A DNA stretch of 63,990 bases, filler included, from Craspedostauros australis (Eukaryota), in the NCBI GenBank assembly GCA_030167865.1. It is 19 parts of 19 records of this genome, joined end to end, with 100 filler letters (N's around TTAATTAATTAA, not from the genome) between each part and the next. Parts side by side here need not be neighbours in the genome. Positions count along the whole stretch, not along the records: positions 49,310 to 52,261 come from JALAGF010000139.1; positions 52,362 to 54,032 come from JALAGF010000140.1; positions 54,133 to 55,623 come from JALAGF010000144.1; positions 55,724 to 56,893 come from JALAGF010000145.1; positions 56,994 to 58,423 come from JALAGF010000146.1; positions 58,524 to 61,309 come from JALAGF010000148.1; 13 more parts are not named here. One strand, written 5' to 3'. Under the pieces are notes generated by a model. The model made no database searches, had not been told where the DNA came from, and was given only the letters and a program-made list of their open reading frames with translations. Positions 49,310 through 60,822 of the stretch are shown one piece after another. A program made the translations under genes and the position numbers. Position 1 is the first letter of the stretch; each line of letters starts with the position of its first letter.

Positions 49310-50425
49310 CTTGCGGGTGACCAGCCGATAACCGAAGTCAGGGGCGGCGCTGATGTGGCACTTGTGCTGCGACATGAGATCAACCCAGAGCAACGGGTTG
49401 CGGATGAAGGAAACCGGTGAAATCATGTGAGAACGGTAGGCACCTGCCAATGGCGCAATGCCCATCTCGATGAGGCCCATGTCGTGGTACTGGGGAAGCC
49501 AGGAGCATGTCGCGATGCGCTCCGGGACTTGGCTTGCGCCACCCAGCTGGTCTTTGAATGACTCNNNNNNNNNNNNNNNNNNNNNNNNNNNNNNNNNNNN
49601 NNNNGCGTTGTGGGTCACCATCACGCCCTTGGGGTTGCCCGTGCTTCCAGATGTGTACTGGAGGAAGGCGAGGTCCGAGCCTTTGATGTTGGGTTCATCG
49701 AATGAAGGTGGCGACGACGATGAGCGACCGGACATGAGGCTGGAAAGGAAGCCTTTCTTGGGTTGCTTGTTCCTGCCGTTGGTCTTGTCGGCGATGAAGC
49801 CATCATGGCGGATGATGCGATCGGTGACTTGGTACTTGACCCCGCTCGGCCACAAGGAGCGGCTCTTGGACGCCGGATTGGCGCGATCGGCAGCGCGGAG
49901 CATGTTGATGGATGTTTGGGTGAGGATGAGTGCTGGCGCACAATCCCCGATGACCTTGTTCATTTTGGTGAGAGACTTGACGAGCGGTGGTCCGGGAGGG
50001 TAGACCAGGACAGCGGTCACTCCTGCGCGGAGACATCCCACGAACATGGCGAAGAAATGGAGTCCGAAGTCGTAGCAGAGGACGACACGGTCATCTTTCT
50101 TGGCACCCCACTTGTTGCGGATGAGGTGAGCGCAGTGTCCTGCTTCATCCCAGAGCTGTTGGAAGGTGTAGTTGTTGGTTGCCTTGCCCTTTTCATTGTA
50201 CCAGGTGGAGAAGATAGTGTCGGACTTGAGTTCGACGATGTACTTGATGTGTTCGACGAAGGACTTGGTTTGGATGGACTTGTGGATGATCTCGTGCTCA
50301 GTGGCGTTGGTGTTGGCGTTGGTGATGGCGTTGGTGTTGGTGATGGCGTTGGCGTTGGCGGTACCGGCTTCGATGTCATCGTCGACGGCGCGGTTTGCAT
50401 CGGAGGGAGCGGATGGGTTGCTCAT
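49310..50425 (-). CDS. Fatty acyl-AMP ligase (FAAL)-type adenylation domain, 5' part of a probable NRPS/PKS-like protein
   Basis: DRVVLCY..GL.F...F.GCLRAGV.AV.VYPP, LAFLQYTSGSTGNPKGVMVTH.N, SWLPQYHDMGLI and SP.SFI.NPL.W........S.APDF.Y.L..RK. Confidence 0.85.
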
Positions 50426-53400
50426 GTTGGAATGCGTCGTTGAAACGAGGGTTGGTTGCAGATGCGGTTGTGTTGTGTTGTGTTGCGGTTGGTGTGTTGC
50501 GGCGTGGTTACTTTGATCTTGTCGATTTGTGAGTTGTTGGTTCTGGAGCTTCAGAATTGTGAGCGGTTGGAAAGATCATCGGCGTTGTGTTGTGTCTGGT
50601 GCCTTCTTCGGGCACATACGTGCTCGTGCGGGTGCTGTCACTGCATCTGCTCACCAGTGAGATGAATTCCTTCATCAGATTGTTCCGTGGAAGGATCGTG
50701 GAAGGAAAGCAATGTTGGGTGATGTGTGCGCTGGTTGGAGTCGTTGGTGTGAACGAGGACAATCGCAAGACACAGCGCTCCGTCACTTCCGAGGGCCACA
50801 CTTTGGATCAAGGGTGCAGATTCGAGGTCCGATAGGAGAAGACCGCATACCAGGACTCCGCGCAACACGAAAACGAATACAGTTCTGCGGAGCATAGTAG
50901 AGCATAGTACCCAGGATGTCATGACAAAAACCAAAAACATATGTCCGATCGCTGGACAAAGAAGCGTTCATGTGGTGACTGGTGAAGAACCCAAAAACAG
51001 TCGAGCAATTATTGGAGTGGGAAGAGAGCGTACCCTGCACACCCGCGAAGACCCTGACACAGATGTGACAGTCGCACACTCTGAGCAGGAACAGAAATGT
51101 CAACGACTCAAAATGACTCACGTTTGATGTGTCCTCTTCTCGTTCTCTCTTGTTTCTTGGTTCGTGACATTCGCTCTGCGAGCATCTCTCGCGGATTTGG
51201 TGTTGCTGTTCTTGGGCGTTGTTCTTTGGTGTTGTGCTTGTTATTCTTGCGTGACGTTCGTGCTCGCTGCATACGGCCTTCGGCCAAGACATCACCGGTT
51301 TTGTGTTGATAGGTTGCGCAAGATCCCTCGTCTTCCGTGTTGGGGGAGACGCGCTGGGAACTGTTGAGATCAACCGCCAAGGATCCTCTCGTCGATCTAA
51401 CGTCCATGCATGATCAACGCAATCAACGCTAAGGATAACAGCGCTGGCATCGAATCGACAAGGGAAGTTTGTGATCTCTGCGGGTATGAGCTACCGAGCT
51501 CCAAAGAGTGGCATGCCATACTCGTATGGTGCCACAGAGCGTCTACGACTATGTTCTGTTGATGTTGCCACCGTGCCGCTGCAGAAAGTATGTCGCACCA
51601 AACGTTGGAACTGCAGGCCGCGAGTACTTCACCCGACTCTCCTCTCCGTATCCTCCTGCAGTGTTGTACGAGCTATAACAGAGTAGAGCAATCTACATAC
51701 CGTGCTCTCATAATCTGCTCTGCTCTCTCTCTCCCTCTCTCTCTGGAGAGAGCACTTGACTTCGCATCATCCTCATAATAATCGCAGAACATCACACGCA
51801 TGGCTCGTACTCGCGAAGTTGCAAAGGCACACGAGCTGATCATACTTCACACTGTTGGCAGGCAGGGAGGGAGAGACGAAGCGAGAGTGATCGCACAGTG
51901 GGACGACGAGAGGAAACAAGGGGAATCAGGGAAGGCAGTCAGATGGATGTCAGCTTCCGACTTGTCTCGTTTGCGCTAGTGTGTTGTTGACACCATGTCT
52001 GTCTGTGTTTTGTTTGTTTGTTTGTTTGTTCGTTATTTGCTTCTGTCTGTGATTTCCTTGCATGTGTGTGTATTACATACAGACACAATGGAGTGGAGAT
52101 GCGGAGAAAGTCTTGGTGACGTTGTCACAACAAGCACATGAATCACGTAAATACAGGACTCGATGGATTGTTGGACGAAACCACCAGGAAACGCGCCAAA
52201 CGAGGACTGTGATTTTCACACAGCGATAGCCCGTCATGGAGGATGCGAATGTGATGAAGTANNNNNNNNNNNNNNNNNNNNNNNNNNNNNNNNNNNNNNN
52301 NNNNNTTAATTAATTAANNNNNNNNNNNNNNNNNNNNNNNNNNNNNNNNNNNNNNNNNNNNGAGTTTGATTAGCACAAAAGTGTACATCGTACTTAGGCA
52401 CGCACTCGGTTGCACTGCTCCACGTTAAAATCATACTTCCATCGCATGTTCCTCCTCCGTAAAATCACCTGAACTTCTTATTTTTGAGTGTACTGGATGG
52501 CAAAGAACATCGATGGCCTCCTTCTCATTGCTACATTCACACTTCTTGCACCGGTTGACATCGTTGAGTGGAATAACAAATAGGCCAATGATTGTGAGAT
52601 GCCTGCTTCAAGGTTGGCTATTCGTCGAAAACAAGTAATCGAGACATCTATGCGAATCATGGTATCGATAGCATTGAAGATGTTTGCAATCAGAGTTCTA
52701 TCTTCGAACGCTGGACATGTAAGGCACCACCCGGATCGGTCAGCATTGACCATGGTATTGAAGCTACTACACATATGGAACAACTTGAGCTGCATTCGCT
52801 CTCTGACATTTGACAACTGAGCTGTTTCGAATGTTTGTCACGGATATTCTCTGCACGTTTTCTCTTTGTTGCCACGCGGACGAGAGACCAGACTCTCCAT
52901 ACTACATACAATGGAGAAGGGGTGTTGTGACAGACATGCAATACCCTTGCTGCATGCGATCGCCTGGTGATGAATTGTCTTCCAAATCACAAGATACGCG
53001 AAGCACAGCGGGTTCCACTCTATCCCGATACCCCTTTTGTCTGGCGCAATCGTTGGCTGTGGTCGCAACAGTTCGTGGCGGTCGCTGGTTCATAGGCACA
53101 CTACATGTTCGTAGATTCCCTGTGGCTTCGACATTGCCGATGTGAGATTGCACGACTACATGGCCGCACGGGAAAGGTGTCTGAACAGGTCTTGTTGCTA
53201 ACACACCACATCACACGTAACACACAACGCAAGCGCACCATGTTGCAGTGCCGAACAAACATGTCCGTCACATAATTTGTTCCTTGCTGATGGTCATTAT
53301 GTGTGGGCATTGATGATAGCGGAGATAAACGCAATGAAAATAATTGTTGTCACAAGCACCTGTTGTGACCATGACAAATGTCTCGTGGTCGTGCATCTGC

Positions 53401-54920
53401 GAACAAAATTCCAACTTAGTACATCAATGTACAGAAAGACGGTCATTCTTCGCCGACACCAGTTCGCACAACGACCCCCACTTCTGTCCGTTACCATCAA
53501 GCCAGTGTCAAGTTCATGCACGCGTTGTTGGAGAATGGCTGTCTGCTACTTCGTGTTTCTTGGACGCGTGGAATGTCAGTGTGCCGCGCCTTTCCAACAC
53601 ACTGCGTGAGGAAGACGATGTCGTTGCAACATCCGACCAAAGTCGTACCTCCGTCGGATCATGTCATCTCAACAACCAACCTACGTCATCTGACGTCCGA
53701 TCAATGTTTGACCGATGTTTGACTGAAGTGAAGGTGAAGTATGACATTGCGGTGGCAGGGTTTTCCACGTTTCGAAGGCGCAACTTGCCACCCCCCTCTG
53801 CAGTCACTGAGTATGATTAGTTTGCAACTAGACACATAGAATAACCAAGGAAGGCCTCCCCTATCACGTAATGGCGCTTTTGTTGCCATTAATATTATAA
53901 TTATCTCTACAGAGGGTGTCTAAATTTGCGTGATTAGCCTTACTTCTCGCAAAAATGTCAATAACGGTTGTAACATGTCAGACATACATCATACTGATGT
54001 ATGATGTTTGTCGGCTGATTGCATACTGACGTNNNNNNNNNNNNNNNNNNNNNNNNNNNNNNNNNNNNNNNNNNNNTTAATTAATTAANNNNNNNNNNNN
54101 NNNNNNNNNNNNNNNNNNNNNNNNNNNNNNNNGACTCTGCAAGGACCGCACCTGCCATGTCCGTATTGCACCAACGATCAGTCCAATGCAACATCCAACT
54201 GTGCAGATGTAACCACAATGAAAATCTTGGTGGATGGATGAGAGGGCGTTGATAGTGGTTGATTTGAGGCAGCGACAGCGAAATAGGCAAAAGGCGCAAG
54301 AACGCGGCAAATTGGCAGGCTGGGCGTCAAAAGTGCACAAGCAACTACGATACTGGAGACTTATCGGCCCGTTGTTGTGTGCCCTGGTCGGACCTCTTGT
54401 CTTTCATTGTGAGTTGTCNGAGGACAATCTCCGATCAGCATTTCGCTGAATACGAATAGTAGATATAGCAGTAAGAAGTACAGCGAAAGCTGTCAAACAG
54501 CTTCACTGCAAAAACATCGTCTCCAAAGTGTCGCAGGACTTCAGCGGACCCTGGGATTCCAGCGCTGCATGATACCCCTCGACGGTGCTCCAACGCTCTC
54601 CGCGTCGTGCAACTTTGACAGCACACTTGCGAATGCTATTCGACTGAGTATAATGGAAGCGAGTGATAGCGATGTCATGCTGTGACAGTCTCAGTTTCGC
54701 AAATCGATGTGGGTGTGCTTATTATGTATGTTTATGTTTATATGCAGCCATGGACTTGGACTTGTATTCGACGATGGCCCAAGGAGAGCCGCCGACTCAT
54801 TTTTTGGCTTTCCGATCAACGCCACGCCTCCGCTNGGCAACNAGCAGTGATCTCGTGCTCCAAATCTCTCTGCTGCTATCGAGACATGCGTGGCATTCAT
54901 GGATTGCAGGCAAGCATTTC

Positions 54921-55623
54921 TTATGCCATGGAACCGGCCATCAAAGTCGCTGCCATTCCCATACCCATACCGAGTGACATGATGGTCGAGCCAATGCTGG
55001 ATGCACCAGAAGATGTATCATCAACCTCAAGCATGCAGATGTCCTTGGCCCCGTACATGACCTTGAGCTTGGTGGTGCCATCTGGAATATCGGATGACTT
55101 CACCTCAATCTTGTATGCTCTCATGATGTTGGTCTTTCCCTTGGCCACCTTGGTGTCATCTTCGGTGGCAATCTTCACGTCCAAATCCGCGATCAATAGC
55201 AAGTCAGCATGAGATCCAAGCATGAAGTTGGATTCCTGGGCGAGATCGAGCTTCAGCTTGCNTGTTTCTTGGCGGTCTGCGTTGTTGATGGTACCGACTG
55301 GACCAACATCTGGGCAGTTTACGTACCTTGGTGTTGGGATGAAGGCGGCTCTGTTGGCCGCAGTGAGCTCGGTGTTGATGGTAATCTGATTGGCCATGTA
55401 GTCGATTGGGAGTTTGGTGACCCAGACCAGCCGCCACAGTGTAGAGTATCCCACATCTGGACGGTCGAGGTTGATCAGATTGCGGATGCCGGCATTGCTT
55501 GGTCCGCCTTGGTTGCCCTTTTCAGCGGACACACCGCAAGTGAACTGGTTTACTTGCCACAGTGGAATTCATGTGACATTGGTCTTGCTGGCAAAGGTGG
55601 TAACAACTGGGATGGTGTGGTTG
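54921..55623 (-). pseudogene. 3' part of a putative GPI-anchored/surface protein with an N.I..D....GYS.LW motif; in-frame TGA
   Basis: C-terminal SSG-spacer-hydrophobic tail. The reading frame continues upstream of the listed ORF through one TGA (~55570). Confidence 0.4.
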
Positions 55624-55852
55624 NNNNNNNNNNNNNNNNNNNNNNNNNNNNNNNNNNNNNNNNNNNNTTAATTAATTAANNNNNNNNNNNNNNNNNNNNN
55701 NNNNNNNNNNNNNNNNNNNNNNNTTACCAACAAGTCTACAGCACCCGGACATTTCAACACGTTTGATCAAACGATTAGTCTGAAATCGTCCTATGAAACT
55801 ACCACGTTATCCAACACCTACCAAACAACAACCCCAAAGCCAACCATCTACC

Positions 55853-56893
55853 ATGAGTGAAGAAACAACCATCAAAGAGCATTCCACCAAGTACTTCGAG
55901 TTCTCAGGAGAGAAGACCGAAGCCTGGTACGAGTGGAAGAGCAAGGTGATGTCGGTCGCCCACAACAGGGGATGGGCAGAAGCCTTAGAGACGGACATGT
56001 CTCACAGCGCCATCGAGACTACCAAGCTCGAAGAAGGTCAACTGAAGGAGGTCAAGATGAACACCGCAGCACGCAACTACCTCACCGTCGCCTGTACCAA
56101 CAAGGCGTTCATCATCCTGGACCTCAACGGATCGGCTGACTACGAACCCGACATGCATCGCCACAACGCTCACCTTGGCTGGAAGGCTTTGTGCAAGAAG
56201 TACGAGCCGGATTCCGATGATGCATACGTTCGTGTGCTCGAGGAGATGAACAAGGCGTGTACCATGACCAAGAAGGAAGACCCGGAGGACGTCATCAACA
56301 ACATCCTCATCGTCAACAAGAAACTCCGTGCCATGAAGAAGGCGAAGCCAATGGCCGAACTCAAGGCCATGATCCTCGCTATGATCCCAGATGCGTACAA
56401 AGCTATCAAGCGCAACGCTCGTCGTGACTCTACCATGGGACTCGACGATCTAATGGATGAACTTCATGACCGCTGGACCGATCTCTACGGCAGCAAGAAA
56501 GGAGACACGGAGAAGGCGTTCTACACAAACCACACCAAGAAGACCAAGGTGTTCTGCCGTTACTGCGGAAAGCAGGGACATACCAAGGCAGTGTGCCGCA
56601 GCCATGCCAGTGACCAGAAGAAGGGGACTGTTCATGAGGACCGCGGAGACAACACCAACAGCAACACCAACAACAATACCAACAACAACGGAGGTGGCAA
56701 AGACAAGAGCCATGTCAAGTGCTTCCGATGCGGTCAGATGGGACACTACGCGAACAAGTGCCCACAGAAGGACAGTGATACAGGACTCACCGCGTACGTC
56801 CTCATGGCAGAGGATATCCGTGATGATGGCACCAATGGAAAGGATCCGACGGACTTTGTCTGTCAGGCAGATCCTGATCCTACCGATCGCAAG
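55853..56893 (+). mobile_element. Ty1/copia gag with two CCHC zinc knuckles
   Basis: FSG....W..W..K, GW..L..KYEP, EDPE, CRYCGKQGHTKAVC and CFRCGQMGHYANKC. Preceded by an LTR-like end TTTCAACA at 55752-55759. Confidence 0.85.
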
Positions 56894-56993
56894 NNNNNNN
56901 NNNNNNNNNNNNNNNNNNNNNNNNNNNNNNNNNNNNNTTAATTAATTAANNNNNNNNNNNNNNNNNNNNNNNNNNNNNNNNNNNNNNNNNNNN

Positions 56994-58423
56994 GCCGGAG
57001 TCGGAGCCCACCATCACAACGGCATAGCAGAGCGAAGCATCCGCACCATCGTGTCGATGGCCCGAACAATGATGATGTACCAAAGTATTCATTGGCCTGA
57101 CATGTTTGATGCACAGCTATGGCCTATGGCAGTGGTACACGCAGCTTACATTTACAACCGTGTGCCCAATCCAGCAACAGGACTAACCCCATACGATGTT
57201 CTCTCTCGTGTCCGACTTCCACTCAAACAGCTCCACAATCTACANGTNTGGGGCAGCCCTGTGTATGTGCTCAACAAAGCACTCGCAGATGGACGCAAGA
57301 TACCTCGATGGGAACCAAGAGGAGAGCGATACGTCAACGTGGGTCTCTCAACAAAGCACGCTTCGACAGTGCCCTTGGTGCTCTCACCACGAACAGGATC
57401 CATCACACCTCAGTTTCATGTAGTGTTCGACGATTGGTTCGCTACTATAGCAACTGATCCCAAACACCTGCCGAACTACCAATCAGAAGAGTGGACACGT
57501 ATGTTTGGTGATACAACCTTTCAGTATCCATTTGATGACGACGATGTAGAGGCTATGGAACAGGAAGAAACNCTCAACTCCGACCTCATAGACCATAGTC
57601 GATTGAAGCGAAACGATGCGATCGAACCAAACATTCCAACTTCGCCTCACATCCCCTTTCCATCCGCTGACAATCAAGGTGCAGAGGTACCAGAACAACC
57701 TGCTCCAAAGCGGAAACCAATGATGCAAACAGACGCAGGCTTCATCAATGATGACCTCGCCCCTCCAATGTCAGCTTCAGAGGGAGTGAACCAACCACTG
57801 TCTTCGACAGAGGGAGACTTCAGCTATCCCCCTGCAGCAAGTGAAGGCAAGGAACTCCAAGAGGGCTCCGCTTCACAAGAACCGCAATGGGAACCTTCCG
57901 ACCAGCTCCCTGATCCGCTGAAGAAAGATCAGTCAGCTCAATCACAACTTCAACCCGTGTCCTCTATGCCAACATCAAATGTACCAGAGACCACGACCTC
58001 ATCACCAATTTCACCAACATCCACGATCTTGCCCAAACGAGAACCAAGTACCAGGATTCGCAAAGAACCACGTCGATTCACCTATGGACGTCTTGGAGGC
58101 AAGGCAGCGTGGCTTGAAGACGACGATTGTGATGAGTACCACCTTTGTGTTGCGACGGCCGCTGAAGAAGAAATTGAATCAGACGACGCCACATCTGACA
58201 TACATCCAGATTCGTATCCAATTCACGTATTCTCACGAGCTGTCATCGATTGCCTCAACACAATTGAATTTCTACAACGTAACGGCAGTGATCCTCTCTC
58301 CATCTACCTCCACGATTTCAAGCTCAACTCACTATACTTACTGCGCCAACTGCGCCAACGCTACCGAACTCTCAATCCACAAGCTTCAGTCAACGATCTA
58401 CCAAGAATGGAGCCTGAGGAGTT
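56994..58423 (+). mobile_element. Ty1/copia (CoDi-like) integrase C-terminal part and linker
   Basis: GVGAHHHNGIAERSIRT...MARTMM....HWP.....LWPMAV..A..IYN, WGSPVYVL...L.DG.KIPRW.PR and TG.ITPQFHVVFDDWF. Confidence 0.92.
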
Positions 58424-58523
58424 NNNNNNNNNNNNNNNNNNNNNNNNNNNNNNNNNNNNNNNNNNNNTTAATTAATTAANNNNNNNNNNNNNNNNNNNNN
58501 NNNNNNNNNNNNNNNNNNNNNNN

Positions 58524-60585
58524 TCAATCTTGTGAGGGAGTGGGACGTCGTTCTCATGGTGATGTCACCATCCAGACCGGTGCATGCGTTGGGACAGACG
58601 CATGCAACTCAGCCGGCCGCCGTGTGGAGCAATCAGCACCGTCATATCGCTTCCGCAGCCATATCGACATTGGTGAGAATGCGTGCGTTGGCAGCAGTGC
58701 CTGCAAGGATGCCCATTCCACTGTCAACCATGGNNNNNNNNNNNNNNNNNNNNNNNNNNNNNNNNNNNNNNNNNNNNNNNNNNNNNNNNNNNNNNNNNNN
58801 NNNNNNNNNNNNNNNNNNNNNNNNNNNNNNNNNNNNNNNNNNNNNNNNNNNNNNNNNNNNNNNNNNNNNNNNNNNNNNNNNGGATGCATGACGAAGACGG
58901 AGTGCGACTCCGACAAAGTCTACATCATCAGCGATGTCGACGGGGCCTGCCCAAAGGGAGGCAACGACAGCAACAACAATCCAACAGGAGACAAGGTGGA
59001 TGAGTACTGTATTGGCAAGGACACCTTGCCCACAGACTCTCCAACCTTTTCCCCCACCCCTTTCCCAACGCCTGCCACGTCACCTCCCACACCATCCCCA
59101 ACAGCTCCAACTGCTTCGCCGACCTCGGCACCGACCAGCGCCCCAACGAGCGCGCCAACTTCAGCACCAACATCGGCTCCCACTGCTTCGCCGACCTTGA
59201 CACCGACTAGCGCACCAACTTCAGCACCGACGAGCGCTCCAACAAGCGCCCCGACTTCGGCTCCAACTTCAGCACCAACATCGGCTCCTACCTCGGCGCC
59301 AACGAGCGCACCAACGTCGGCCCCCACTGCTTCGCCGACTTCAGCACCGACCAGCGCCCCGACGAGCGCGCCAACTTCAGCACCAACATCGGCTCCTACC
59401 TCGGCGCCGACCAGCGCACCAACGTCGGTCCCCACTGCTTCGCCGACTTCAGCACCGACCAGCGCCCCGACGAGCGCGCCAACAAGCGCCCCGACATCGG
59501 CATTCCTGTTTGCCCTCGGAACACCAAACACACCCGCGGGACGAGAACTTCTCTCCACTATCCGAGACAAAGCTGATCTCCTCGGGATCTTCGAAAACCA
59601 GACAAGCATTGCTGACGGCGTCGCTCTCTTCAATACCATCAGCGGAAAGACCGGTGTCCTCGATATCTTCAGCGCGGCCGCCGCTGCCACCGGTGAGATG
59701 TTCACGGGAACCGATGCTGATGCCAAGAATTGGTGTAAGGAGGAAGGACACGCATGCTGCATCGATGTTGACGCCTGCATTTGGACCGGCATCGCGTCTA
59801 TCGCATCCAACAGTTGCATTGGGGTGTACGCATGCGACGGCATCGAGACTCAGTCCATGATCTTCCAGGGATCCTGCCGCTCTGGCGATTCTTGTGTTCG
59901 CTTCAACTTCAACTCTGGAAGTGACAAGGCCTCCATCATTGGGCCAGGATCGTGCACTGGAGACAGCGCATGCTTCTCCCTTGCGACAAACACCAACGGC
60001 GACATCATTATTGGCGCAGGATCATGCAATGGAGACGAAGCATGCGAATACTTTGCACAACACTCCAACGGCGACGCCATCATTGGTCCAGGATCGTGCA
60101 CTGGAAGAAAAGCATGCGAATACCTCGCGTCACGATCCAGCGGCGACACCATTATTGGTGCGGGATCATGCGCTGCAGAGTATGCCTGCCATTCCATGGG
60201 TCGTGGATCAATCGGCTTCAATCGTGTATCCAACACTATCGTGGGAACCGGGTCCTGTGTCAACGCCAACTCGTGCACGAACATGAACTCTCACTTCACC
60301 TCCTCCATCGGCCAAAGCTACCCCCAGCTCGAGGGAGACACACTTATCGGTGATGGTACTTGCGTGCCGGATGCCTCCTGCTATTACCTGGGCTACGGCC
60401 GCTACTTTAACGCGGACATCATCCTTGGCGACAACGTGTGCAACGACTTCTCTGGCGTGGCCAACGCCAACTGCAACAGATGCCAACACACTGTTGATAC
60501 ATCCAACTCCTGCACGCCTCTCAATGCCGTCTTGACCATTGCCTCCGGCAGCTCTTGCCCAGCCAACTGCACCACTGTGCCCTGA
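58524..60585 (+). CDS. Cys-rich repeat protein with a central PTSA mucin-like stalk (putative extracellular/adhesive); 5' truncated
   Basis: Repeats I-I-G-x-G-S-C-x-G-x-x-A-C lie on both sides of a Pro/Thr/Ser/Ala tract. Stop at 60583-60585. Confidence 0.75.
59107..59502 (+). repeat. Coding tandem repeat, 33 x 12 nt (PTSA/PTAS)
   Basis: Tetrapeptide repeat with synonymous codon variation and a higher-order 108-nt duplication (59323/59431). Confidence 0.95.
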
Positions 60586-60730
60586 GGGGACAGCACAGCA
60601 CAAGTACATTCCTCCTCCGGTTCCGCGCCTACACCAGGTCTTGAAGGGTTTGGGCCAGCCACCTTCCGGATGATGGCAAAGCACCCTCTTCATTGGGTCT
60701 TCATGTGTTTGTTAGGATAAGGATAAATAG

Positions 60731-60822
60731 AAAATGGCGAAGAGAAAGGAATCGAACCCCAGACAACGAAATCTGGAATGCCCGGGGATTGCACCCGAAA
60801 CCGGTAGCCGTAGCCCACTCCG
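60731..60822 (-). ncRNA. tRNA-like / Pol III element (pseudo-tRNA or SINE-like)
   Basis: Perfect B-box GGTTCGATTCC (60748-60758), 3' end ...CTCTTCG-CCA-TTTT and several short stems. No canonical D or anticodon loop. Confidence 0.35.

Noticed and set aside
47473..50425. RBOH-like + FAAL neighbourhood as a biosynthetic cluster
   Set aside because: They lie on different scaffolds with a copia scaffold between them.
52362..54032. Fragmented short ORFs suggesting a decayed transposon
   Set aside because: No recognisable domain or termini, so no call can be supported.
55724..58423. gag followed by integrase as a single copia element
   Set aside because: They are separated by an artificial linker and the protease/IN N-terminus is missing, so the adjacency is not evidence of one element.
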